From the IMG/VR virus record IMGVR_UViG_3300037010_003065, positions 1 through 57,344 of that record: a stretch of 57,344 nt of DNA, one strand, 5' to 3'. A program made the translations under genes and the position numbers. The DNA comes from a virus. Taxonomy: Duplodnaviria > Caudoviricetes. Below are positions 36,803-45,500 of this stretch, one piece after another; positions within the stretch are counted from its first letter, which is position 1; each line of letters begins with the position of its first letter. The notes under the pieces were generated by a model that was given only the letters and a program-made list of their open reading frames with translations, searched no databases and was not told the origin of the DNA.

Positions 36803-37546
36803 ATGGCGGAGAACAGCGCTTATTTTGAAGCCATCACCGCAGCACGCGCAATGCTACTCGATGACCCACAGGGGCTTGACCACACACTTTCGCTTGAGAC
36901 CCAAGCGGAGATGATGCGAGAGCACGTGGGTGACTACATGAAGGACAATTTCCCATCCTTCGTGAAGTTCCTTCGACTCCTTCCAAGCGAGGACCAGGAG
37001 TTGCTTCTCAGCTACTACATGCTAGGGAAGCCCCAGTGGTGTCTCGCAAAGCTGTACCGCTCGACGCAAACTGTGTGCTCGGTGAAACTGCGCATGGCTG
37101 TGAAGAAGCTGGGGACCATCGCGATTTTCCACGGCCACCCCACCGTTGACACCATGACACCAGTCCTTGAGAAAGCCGGCATCAACAAGCTCATCGAAAG
37201 GGCACCGCTGGTCACGACTGCCACCCTCATCGTTGAGTACCGCGCCTCCAGGTCCTTCGCGCTCGTCGCCAAGAAGTTGGGTGTGATGAGGCCGCAAGTT
37301 CGCAGGGCTCTTTCCACAGCAGCGAAAACACTCCTAGCGTCCAGCGCCGACGAAGAAGTCGCGTTGGGCGCTTACGTTTTTGGCCTCATTGACAAGGCCT
37401 CGAGTAGTGGCCAAGGGTACAGCCAGCGAAAACTCGACAAGCACACGCACGTCTATCGCCAGGATCCGTCACTCCTCGGGTCGTTTAGGATCCCGGTGAT
37501 GCACCCAGAATTCGAACATGTGCTGACGTCCCGCGCGTGCTTCTGA
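36803..37546 (+). CDS. Sigma-70 region 4-like double-HTH protein
   Basis: LRLLPSEDQELLLSYYMLGKPQWCLAKLYRSTQTVCS..LRMAVKKL and a second HTH, SFALVAKKLGVMRPQVRRAL; GGAGG RBS. Confidence 0.65.
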   Translation: MAENSAYFEAITAARAMLLDDPQGLDHTLSLETQAEMMREHVGDYMKDNFPSFVKFLRLLPSEDQELLLSYYMLGKPQWCLAKLYRSTQTVCSVKLRMAVKKLGTIAIFHGHPTVDTMTPVLEKAGINKLIERAPLVTTATLIVEYRASRSFALVAKKLGVMRPQVRRALSTAAKTLLASSADEEVALGAYVFGLIDKASSSGQGYSQRKLDKHTHVYRQDPSLLGSFRIPVMHPEFEHVLTSRACF

Positions 37547-37696
37547 ACCACGATCATCTTCTATGGCGTGATGCAAGTAGCGTCAGGCCTGAATCAGTCC
37601 CCACTAGTGCAGAAGAACACGTACCCTCCAGGCACTACCGAAGACAGAGCCTGAAAGAGGAAATCGTCTTTCCGCTTCCTATGTGAGGAACGGCCT

Positions 37697-38017
37697 ATGT
37701 CGCTGCGTACACCCACTCACTACCTTGGTCAGAAAGAAAGCTCCTTCGCGAAGGAGGTCGCGCTCCTTCTGGCCGGCGTGAAATCAGAAGCTCAGGTGAA
37801 TCCGAAGATCGCGTCACGTCTGAGCAAGATGGGATTTCGGCACCTGGCCGGAAACGTGTTCGAGCTCCCATCAAAGAATGAGTTGTGGGAAGTGCGAGGC
37901 GGTTCCATCGTGAAGCTGACTGGCTCTGAGATCGACGCCGGCGAGACGCTGGTCTCGGCAGATTCGGAGAACCCCGAGTCCTCTCTTCAGAACTTCCTCT
38001 ACGATCTGACGTTCTGA
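37697..38017 (+). CDS. Hypothetical virion-region protein
   Basis: GAGGA RBS; contains PKIAS. Confidence 0.7.
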   Translation: MSLRTPTHYLGQKESSFAKEVALLLAGVKSEAQVNPKIASRLSKMGFRHLAGNVFELPSKNELWEVRGGSIVKLTGSEIDAGETLVSADSENPESSLQNFLYDLTF

Positions 38018-38024
38018 GGTTCAC

Positions 38025-39308
38025 ATGCCCAAGAAGATCTACGCATCCGTCATCGACAGCATCCTCGACGACATTGCTCCGAACGAAGCGCAGCTTCAGA
38101 AGGGCATTGACGTCAAGGACCTGAGCGAGGGCTACATCGACAAGGCCTTCCTGAAGGAGATTGCTGGCGACAGCGAACACACGTCCATCCCAGGTGGAAA
38201 CGGCATGACGGCATCCGTGCAGGAAGACTGGGCAGGTCGGAGCCAGAAGGTGTTGGCGAAGGCTGACGGCCTCCTCCACAGCATCGGTGCTCCTGACGAC
38301 GCGTTCTCAGTCACCGACGCGAAGGTTCGTGAGTCCATCCGTCGCGCACTCAACAGCGGCATCTCCCCTCTGAAGGTCACAGCGATGCTGAATAAGCTCG
38401 CGGAGCAAGCGGTCTTCAATCGGACTTATGCCGATGACTTCCTCAAGTCCCAGTCCGGTCTTCTCGGTCTCGCCTACATCGAGCCTAACCACTTCATGGG
38501 TTCCTGCGACAAGACCTTCAACAAGCTCAAGAGCGCTGGCCGGAAAGTCACCGCCCTGGCTGTGAAGGCTTGCGACGCCTGCGTCGGCTGCACCCACTGC
38601 AAGACCGCTTCCGAAGGCCTGAAGCGTTGCGCCCTCTACGGCAAGCCCATCGTCGAGACGGCCTCTGATGTACGGAACCTCCTGAAGGAGAAGAAGTACG
38701 GGACCAAGAAGGCTGCGCTGGTCGCGCGTCACAACGGGATGCAGGCGCCGGAGTTGAAGCAGGCTCCTGAGCGCACTCTCATTGCGACCACCACTCGTAC
38801 CGCCGGCGACAAGAACATTGTCGAGTCCAAGACGTTCACCGCCAAGGATGTGGAGAAGCAGCTCGGTAATGGTGCCGATCTCCAGCACATCTACCACGGC
38901 GCCCGGGGCCAGTTCGGATCCATGGTCGCTTCTGCGGCCGTGAAGAAGTTCATCGCCTCCCTCAAGGGTTCGAACGCGAAGATCGCGCTGCGGCAACTCG
39001 ACTGCGCACTCCTCAAGCGTCGGCTCGCAGCCACCGAGACCATCATCGGCGAGAGCAAGTGCGCCTCCTGTGCCATGCGCCAGGGCATGCACTGCGGCTT
39101 CACCGGCGGTACGATTCTGTCGTTCCCCGGCATGGAGAAGGTCAGCTCCAGAAACAAGATCGCTTCCTCCGGCCCCGAGGTCGATGGCACCGCGGTCCTG
39201 GACGAATACGATCTCACACGCCGAGCTTCTGTCGTGATCGCTGACACGAAGCCGCTTGATCGGTTGGATGTGGAGATGCCGGCCACTTTCGGCCTGAATG
39301 TGGAGTAA
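38025..39308 (+). CDS. Cys-rich protein with two Cys clusters and several KxA sites
   Basis: CDACVGCTHC..C.LYGKP and CASCAMRQGMHC; KTAS, KKAA, RTAG, KIAS, RRAS. Confidence 0.7.
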   Translation: MPKKIYASVIDSILDDIAPNEAQLQKGIDVKDLSEGYIDKAFLKEIAGDSEHTSIPGGNGMTASVQEDWAGRSQKVLAKADGLLHSIGAPDDAFSVTDAKVRESIRRALNSGISPLKVTAMLNKLAEQAVFNRTYADDFLKSQSGLLGLAYIEPNHFMGSCDKTFNKLKSAGRKVTALAVKACDACVGCTHCKTASEGLKRCALYGKPIVETASDVRNLLKEKKYGTKKAALVARHNGMQAPELKQAPERTLIATTTRTAGDKNIVESKTFTAKDVEKQLGNGADLQHIYHGARGQFGSMVASAAVKKFIASLKGSNAKIALRQLDCALLKRRLAATETIIGESKCASCAMRQGMHCGFTGGTILSFPGMEKVSSRNKIASSGPEVDGTAVLDEYDLTRRASVVIADTKPLDRLDVEMPATFGLNVE

Positions 39309-39311
39309 TGC

Positions 39312-39896
39312 ATGACCGTTCGATCTCAGGACTTCATCCCGGAGGATGATCGCGTTGTCCCTGCGGACAGCGTCGCTACTCCGCCTCCGGTTGAAGGTAT
39401 TCCGGTGATAGTGAAACCGGTGAAGGCCGTCGGCATGACCCTCATCAAAAACATGATTGAGGAACAGAGCACGGACATTTCCTTCATCACGAAGCTGATC
39501 GCCCTTGAGCTCGCATGCGCCACCGAGGAACTTCAGAATCTGAAGGACGACGACACTCTGAAGTACAGTCCCCAGTCAATGAACCTGAAGATGCGGCCCA
39601 TCACGGAGCGGATCAAGGCCCTCCGCGAACTGGCTCGTACCCTCACTGAATCCGACGCTCTCTCGAAGCGCGACATCCTTAACTTCGACGGCCCCAAGTT
39701 CCAGTACGCTGTCCGGGCTCTCATCGGCTTCTTCAGCGATGCCATCGTCCAGGCCGGCTACGACCAGAGCGCCCGCAACGCCATTCTCAAGTCCTTCCGT
39801 ACAATCAGCGGCCAGCGTGAAGAGGCACTACGCCGCGACATCGAACGTCTGGATGGTTCCGCAATCGCAACCCAAACCCCCAAGAGTGAGGATTAA
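39312..39896 (+). CDS. Helical protein, possible terminase small subunit
   Basis: Size and helical content fit; upstream of TerL but not adjacent. Weak inference. Confidence 0.35.
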   Translation: MTVRSQDFIPEDDRVVPADSVATPPPVEGIPVIVKPVKAVGMTLIKNMIEEQSTDISFITKLIALELACATEELQNLKDDDTLKYSPQSMNLKMRPITERIKALRELARTLTESDALSKRDILNFDGPKFQYAVRALIGFFSDAIVQAGYDQSARNAILKSFRTISGQREEALRRDIERLDGSAIATQTPKSED

Positions 39897-39897
39897 G

Positions 39898-42660
39898 ATG
39901 CCTGCACAAGTCATGCGTACCTTCTCCATCCAGGCCGTGCCTGATGCGATCCTTAACGCCGTCGTTTCCGCGGTGGAGGATGGCGTCAAGAAGGCGAAGA
40001 AGAGCGGCGGCGTCCAGCGCCTGGAGCTGACGAAGAAGGGCTACCGCCAGGACCTGGTGTTCGGCGAGCTCTTCGTCATCCCGCCCAGTGTCTGTGGCAG
40101 CGCCAAGGACTTTCCTTCCATCCTGCTGAAATCCTCGCTCGTCCATGGCCTCAGCGCCGAGGAAGCGGTGGAGTTCAAGTTCGCGACACAGGACGGGAAC
40201 GCGAAGCTCCATGCTGAAGTGCTCAAGCGCGCGAAGAACCTGTTCAAGAACAAGGAGGGCAAGGACACCTGCCTCCTCGCCTTCGCTCCCACCTGGGGTC
40301 ACTACAGCAGTTTCCGCACGTTCCCGTATGAGCCTGAGACTGTGACAGCGGTGCTGCAGAATCTTGTGTTCGCGGCGCCTGTGAATCCTGCTCTCAGCAG
40401 CGTCTTCGATCAGATCAAGGCCCGTGATGAGGACTTCCCTCTCAAGGTCGTGAATGTCCCTCACGAGCAGCATGTCTTCAACTTCGCTTCTGAGAATGTG
40501 GACCAGCCGGATCTGAACAAGGGCGATGATGAAGGCAAGACAAAGAAGGCCTCGATGGTTCGCTCCAAGCTTCGCCTTACGGCTGCCTCTGCAGAGGACG
40601 CCAAGGCCGATCTCATCTCGAAGGACGAACGTGCTGTTCTCGATGCGCTAGACGCATCTATCGCGAAGGGTGTGAAAGGCACGACGCCACTGAAGGAGAC
40701 AAAGCGTTCATCTGATCGTTCCCAGGCGAAGATGGCTTCGAGTTCCGACACCTTCTACGAGGCTGACAAGCAGGTCGACGTCCCTGGTTTCGGCAAGCTC
40801 CAGGTTTACATCAGGCTTTGGTATGACACCCCCAGTGAGTGTGGTGGTGCTATCTACCTCGACTGTGCACCTCTCGCCAATGGTGGTCCTCAGGACTTCG
40901 ACTACTTCGTCGAAATCCCCAACACCAACAAGAGCAAGGTCATTCGCGGTGGCAATATCCGCGACTACGGCTGGGATGAGATCTCCGACCTCCTCGGTAT
41001 GGAGAATCTCCTCGCGAAGGTACCGGACCAGGTGCCTGTTGAGACCATTGCAGGCTGGTACAAGGATCAAACGGGTGGCGAGCTTCTGAATTCGCTTCAG
41101 AAGCCCCTGGGTCTTGAAGCTTCGTTGGTCGCTGCACTTCTTCACGTCGCAGGCGATGGGAAGCGATACCAGGACAACGAACAGGAAATCAAGGCCATGT
41201 CCTACCTCGAGAGGAACGGATTCACTGAGACGCAAGCCGAAGATGCGGTGGCCGGATATGGTGCTGCTAACATCCTGCGCGGAACCGTGAAACTGCAGAA
41301 GTTGCAGGAGGAGTACAACGTCAACCAGAAGGCTGTCGACAACATCGACAAAGAAGCAGCACTTCCGGGTGAAACGAATCCCAACACCGGTCGCGCCGTG
41401 CCTCAGCCTGTTCAGAACCCCACGGCCCCGTCGAACACGCCTCCGACTCCTCCCACTCCTTCAAAGCCTGGCCAGCAACCTCAGGCTCCGCAGGTTCCTC
41501 AGCAGGGCCAGCAGAAGCCCGGCGTCATTCCTGCGGAAGAGGAGAAGACATCGTCTGCAAAGGTTGCTGGCAACCGTGTCTTCATCGGTCGCTGGACTGG
41601 AAACCTCCGCGACGCCATTCGTCTCATCTATGTCCACTGGGCGCCGAAGTACAGTACCCTTGTCAGGAGCTACGGCAACGACGCCGCTGCGAAGGCTCTC
41701 ATCGACCTCGGTGACCTCAGCGAGGTCGGCGCGACGCTCGAGGAATCTCAGGCCCAGAGCTATCGCGCGAAGGGCGAACACGTCCCGTACCGCAGCTGCA
41801 GGCCCACGCTCGACCACAAGTTCGGCATCAACTCCATGGGCGAGCCGATCCTGGCCGTGTGGGTGACGTCTGAGAACAAGTGGATGACGAAGCCGGAGCT
41901 CGAGATGTTCATCGAGGATGGCGGCGCCGAAGCAAAGGCGGACGCAGTTGTGTACCATGAAGCCTCTATGCCTCTCTCCAGCGTCGCCGCGACTGGGGAA
42001 GAGAAGTTCGCAGCGCGCAAGTTCAAGGACTACGACTCCTTCGTTGACGGCGACGGCTTCTGCGTGGACCTCGGTTCTGCCTTCGATCTCTGGATGAGTG
42101 AGCCTCAGAAGAAGAAAATGTGGACCCTCTACCAGAGCGGACACAAGTTCATCTCCAAGGTCTTCGACTTCGACGGCGACAAGGATGACTTCTGGGCGAA
42201 GGTCGACGCGTGGAAGAAGCGCATGGCCATGAAGGGCTACGAGGACTTCGACGACGAAGATACCGGGGACCAGCACGAGTTCATCCTCGTGAGCACGGCC
42301 GGCAAGCAAGCTTCTGGGGTCAGCAAGCGAGCCTCTGAGCACGACGACGAAGAATTCGACGACGAAGAGTTCGATGACGAAGAATTCGATGACGAAGAGT
42401 TCGACGATGAAGCTCCGCGGAAGCCGTTGTACTTCCGTGTAACGAACTACGGAAGCACCGCCGTCATCAAGCTCCAGCTCGAAGATGGTCGCTGGCGCGA
42501 GAGCCTGTACAGCGCAGAGGAGGGTGATCCCTCGAACCTGCAAATCGGTAACAGCACCTACATGAGCTACCTCACGCCGCAGGATCTACTGTCGTGGCTC
42601 AAGCGCGATTATCAGCGGGTAGAGATGCTGGATGGAGCTCCTCCCAAGCGCCGTCGCTAA
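39898..42660 (+). CDS. Large mosaic polyprotein with KxA linkers
   Basis: ATG 39898 after GAGGA; linkers TKKASM, AKMASS, DKEAAL, AKVAGN, EKFAAR, GKQASG, SKRASE; DDEEF x4. Confidence 0.7.
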   Translation: MPAQVMRTFSIQAVPDAILNAVVSAVEDGVKKAKKSGGVQRLELTKKGYRQDLVFGELFVIPPSVCGSAKDFPSILLKSSLVHGLSAEEAVEFKFATQDGNAKLHAEVLKRAKNLFKNKEGKDTCLLAFAPTWGHYSSFRTFPYEPETVTAVLQNLVFAAPVNPALSSVFDQIKARDEDFPLKVVNVPHEQHVFNFASENVDQPDLNKGDDEGKTKKASMVRSKLRLTAASAEDAKADLISKDERAVLDALDASIAKGVKGTTPLKETKRSSDRSQAKMASSSDTFYEADKQVDVPGFGKLQVYIRLWYDTPSECGGAIYLDCAPLANGGPQDFDYFVEIPNTNKSKVIRGGNIRDYGWDEISDLLGMENLLAKVPDQVPVETIAGWYKDQTGGELLNSLQKPLGLEASLVAALLHVAGDGKRYQDNEQEIKAMSYLERNGFTETQAEDAVAGYGAANILRGTVKLQKLQEEYNVNQKAVDNIDKEAALPGETNPNTGRAVPQPVQNPTAPSNTPPTPPTPSKPGQQPQAPQVPQQGQQKPGVIPAEEEKTSSAKVAGNRVFIGRWTGNLRDAIRLIYVHWAPKYSTLVRSYGNDAAAKALIDLGDLSEVGATLEESQAQSYRAKGEHVPYRSCRPTLDHKFGINSMGEPILAVWVTSENKWMTKPELEMFIEDGGAEAKADAVVYHEASMPLSSVAATGEEKFAARKFKDYDSFVDGDGFCVDLGSAFDLWMSEPQKKKMWTLYQSGHKFISKVFDFDGDKDDFWAKVDAWKKRMAMKGYEDFDDEDTGDQHEFILVSTAGKQASGVSKRASEHDDEEFDDEEFDDEEFDDEEFDDEAPRKPLYFRVTNYGSTAVIKLQLEDGRWRESLYSAEEGDPSNLQIGNSTYMSYLTPQDLLSWLKRDYQRVEMLDGAPPKRRR
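42343..42411 (+). repeat. 15-bp coding repeat (DDEEF x4)
   Basis: GAYGACGAAGARTTC units. Confidence 0.9.
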
Positions 42661-42669
42661 GGAGCCACC

Positions 42670-45000
42670 ATGAACAAAGACTTCGGCATTCCGGCTGGCC
42701 TTTCTCATGAAGGCAGTGCAGCGGCTACCATCATCCAGCGTTGGGCCCGAAAAGCCGCCATGACGCCCGAAGACGACATCAAAATCGTGGAACTGTTCCC
42801 CAAGAATCCTACCGAAGGTTTCTATCGCATGGTCTTCGACGCCTTGAACATCGACGACCAGGGCCTCGAGGGTGAAGCGCTGGCGCAGGGTGCAGTTGAC
42901 GCAGTCGTGGGTTGCAAGAACGAAGAGGACCTAGACGTGCTCGTCACAATCCTGAAGGAGATCAACTCCCACGGCGACATCAATAAGAATCCTACCTGGA
43001 GTCAGGACGCGTACACGCTCGAGGGCGACAAGCGCTCCGCCGATGAAGGTGCTGAGTTCGAGTACGATGTCGCTGTTGAAGTCAATGGTCCCAAAGCAGG
43101 CAATGACTGGGCGACGAAGAACAAGGCGATGGCAGAGGCGATGCAGGAGTTGCGCCAGATCTCCGGTCAAGCCCACGCGTCTTTCAGCGTTGTGGAGATG
43201 AAGTACGACGGCACCGAGAAAGACTTCTCTGAAGGTACCGCCTTCTATACCGCCTTCTTCAAGATCAAATTCCGTACGACGCCTGACACCATCGCGAAGC
43301 TCATCGAGAATAGCGATGGCGAGATCAAGCGTGCTTCAGGTAGTCCTGACTTCGGTGAGGATCTGAAGACAAGCGCGGAGATCCCGGAGGACATGCACCC
43401 GGATCTGAATGCGTTTGGTAATACCCTCTTCAACGTCAATGCCCCCGAGGCGATGAAGGCGAACATCGGCAAGAACTGCGTTTTCAAGACGGCTCTTGAC
43501 ACGATTGCGCATGCGAAGACCCCAAAGGCGATCCTGACGTATGCGAAGCGGAACAAGGTTCCGTACGGTCTCATCGACGTCTGTGAGATCAAGATGGTGC
43601 AGAAGATCTACGACGGGTCTCTCGCCTATCGCGTCGTCTCGCCTCTCTACGACCCCAACAACTTCGGGCGGCCGGCTCGTCCTGATGAAGTCGAGATCAT
43701 CACGGATCCGCACAAGATCGCGGAGATTCGGAAGATCGGGTACGAGTTCTTGAAGTACCTGAACAGCCTGGAGAAGGACGAGGCGAATCACTACTCTCTC
43801 CCCGAGAACGATCCGCGCTACCCCGAATCAATGGCACCAGTACCCGAGGCTGATATGGAACTGAGCGAGCAGGATAAGACAACCCTCCGGGCCATGGGCA
43901 TCCGTGCAAGACTCCGCGCCAGCGTTCGCCAGGCTCGTGTGGTCAAGGCCATTAACCTCACGACGCCCTCCGCGGTGCTGCAGCAGTTCCGCCCAGACCT
44001 CCTCGGTGAGCAGGTCCAGTACCCGGAAGCCCAGCATCAGACGCCCGCTGAAGGCATCCGGCCTCCGCATCACGACGATGGCAACAAGACGCTGGAGCGG
44101 ACTCAGAAAGGTCTGAGTGGCGTCTCGCCGAGCGAGCAGCTCGATGGCCCGCCAATGCGGAAGGAGCTGAACCTCCACGGTCCCTCCTTCACAGACAACT
44201 TCTACAAGGTCCAGGACAATCTCTCGCCCTCCTCCTTCCATGCCAGCAAGCGCGCAGACTCTGATCCGCAGACGCCGAAGATGCAGTTCGAGACGATGCT
44301 GAAACAGATTCTCGCGACCTTCACAGCCTCTGCAATCGGCATGTTCCAGTCCAGCCAGCGCCCTGTTCCTTTCGATGGTCAGAACGGAACCCACACCGTG
44401 AACCTCGGCGAGTTCGCAGCCGGGGCTAGCTACGATCCCAGCGGCAAGTTCGACACCTTCACGCTCGCCGTTAACCGTGTGCGCGAGATGGTGGAGGCTC
44501 TGAAGACCGATGAGATCCGTGAAGCCCTCGATTCCGCATGGGCCCAGGCTGCGGTCTGGTGCAATGACGATGGCGGGTTCCTCTACGAGATCTATGCCAG
44601 CGGCGACTCCTTCGATCCCAAGACCCTCGCCTTCACGTTCAAGTACCTCACAGGCAAGAAGGGCGATCTCAAGCTCGCGAAGACAAACGTGGTTCCAGCT
44701 TCTGCGAAGGTCGGCAACGTCCGCTGTGACTACTCCGCTTTCGACAGCTCCTTTGCTGTGCCGGACGACATCCCCACGACATTCGTCGACGACAGCTGGG
44801 ACGTGGATACCTGCCCCTCCTTCATCAACGCGCCTGCGAACCAGAAGCTTTGGATCGAACACCCTGATCGCGATCAACGTGAGGACCAGGACCCGAGCAT
44901 GAAGCGGTTCACCCTCACGGACGCGAACGATCGTTTCCAGATCATCTTCGAGACTGACGATTGGGATGAAATGAAGCAGTATCTTCTCAAGGGCAAGTGA
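42670..45000 (+). CDS. Large mosaic polyprotein with KxA linkers
   Basis: Linkers ARKAAM, DKRSAD, IKRASG, SKRADS; LSEQDKTTLRAMGIRAR tag; C-terminal FVDDSW..DTCPSF module. Confidence 0.7.
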   Translation: MNKDFGIPAGLSHEGSAAATIIQRWARKAAMTPEDDIKIVELFPKNPTEGFYRMVFDALNIDDQGLEGEALAQGAVDAVVGCKNEEDLDVLVTILKEINSHGDINKNPTWSQDAYTLEGDKRSADEGAEFEYDVAVEVNGPKAGNDWATKNKAMAEAMQELRQISGQAHASFSVVEMKYDGTEKDFSEGTAFYTAFFKIKFRTTPDTIAKLIENSDGEIKRASGSPDFGEDLKTSAEIPEDMHPDLNAFGNTLFNVNAPEAMKANIGKNCVFKTALDTIAHAKTPKAILTYAKRNKVPYGLIDVCEIKMVQKIYDGSLAYRVVSPLYDPNNFGRPARPDEVEIITDPHKIAEIRKIGYEFLKYLNSLEKDEANHYSLPENDPRYPESMAPVPEADMELSEQDKTTLRAMGIRARLRASVRQARVVKAINLTTPSAVLQQFRPDLLGEQVQYPEAQHQTPAEGIRPPHHDDGNKTLERTQKGLSGVSPSEQLDGPPMRKELNLHGPSFTDNFYKVQDNLSPSSFHASKRADSDPQTPKMQFETMLKQILATFTASAIGMFQSSQRPVPFDGQNGTHTVNLGEFAAGASYDPSGKFDTFTLAVNRVREMVEALKTDEIREALDSAWAQAAVWCNDDGGFLYEIYASGDSFDPKTLAFTFKYLTGKKGDLKLAKTNVVPASAKVGNVRCDYSAFDSSFAVPDDIPTTFVDDSWDVDTCPSFINAPANQKLWIEHPDRDQREDQDPSMKRFTLTDANDRFQIIFETDDWDEMKQYLLKGK

Positions 45001-45479
45001 TGGACAAGGTTGCATTCGATCCGGAGACATCTGCTGCTGAAATGAGCGCGCAGGCTATGGCCATCTTCGAGGACAAGGCGAAGCAGGGCAACGCCGGTGA
45101 ACTCGCGATGGCGAAGCAGTCTGTCGTCGCAGCCGGCAAGACCCGTCAGGCTCTTGCGACCAACAACGCTGAGGACATCGCGGCGGCCATCGTCGCCAAC
45201 ACCACAGCTTTGGACTGGGCCCAGGACGAGGGATTGAAGCAGCTTCACCGAGACGCGATCGACTACTTCAAGAACCACATGTCGAAGGCTGCGTCCATGG
45301 ACAAGTCTGTTCAAGAGACGCTGCTGGACCTGGCAGGAGAAACGGAAGCGCTGAAGGCAAAATTCGCAGCGCTGAAAGAACGGAATAGCCATGAGATCGA
45401 GAAGGCTCTCGATGACATCACCTCCGCTTTTGACCTCGTGACTCACCACATCCTCGACATCATCGAAGACATGGAATAG
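44997..45479 (+). CDS. Helical hypothetical protein directly upstream of TerL
   Basis: Overlaps the upstream stop; coiled-coil C-terminus. Confidence 0.7.
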   Translation: MMDKVAFDPETSAAEMSAQAMAIFEDKAKQGNAGELAMAKQSVVAAGKTRQALATNNAEDIAAAIVANTTALDWAQDEGLKQLHRDAIDYFKNHMSKAASMDKSVQETLLDLAGETEALKAKFAALKERNSHEIEKALDDITSAFDLVTHHILDIIEDME

Positions 45480-45500
45480 TGAAAGTAATGAGGTGCGCCG

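Noticed and set aside
37547-37696. tRNA or ncRNA in this and other intergenic gaps
   Set aside because: No cloverleaf or T-loop motif seen by eye; a tRNAscan/Infernal run would be needed to exclude it fully.
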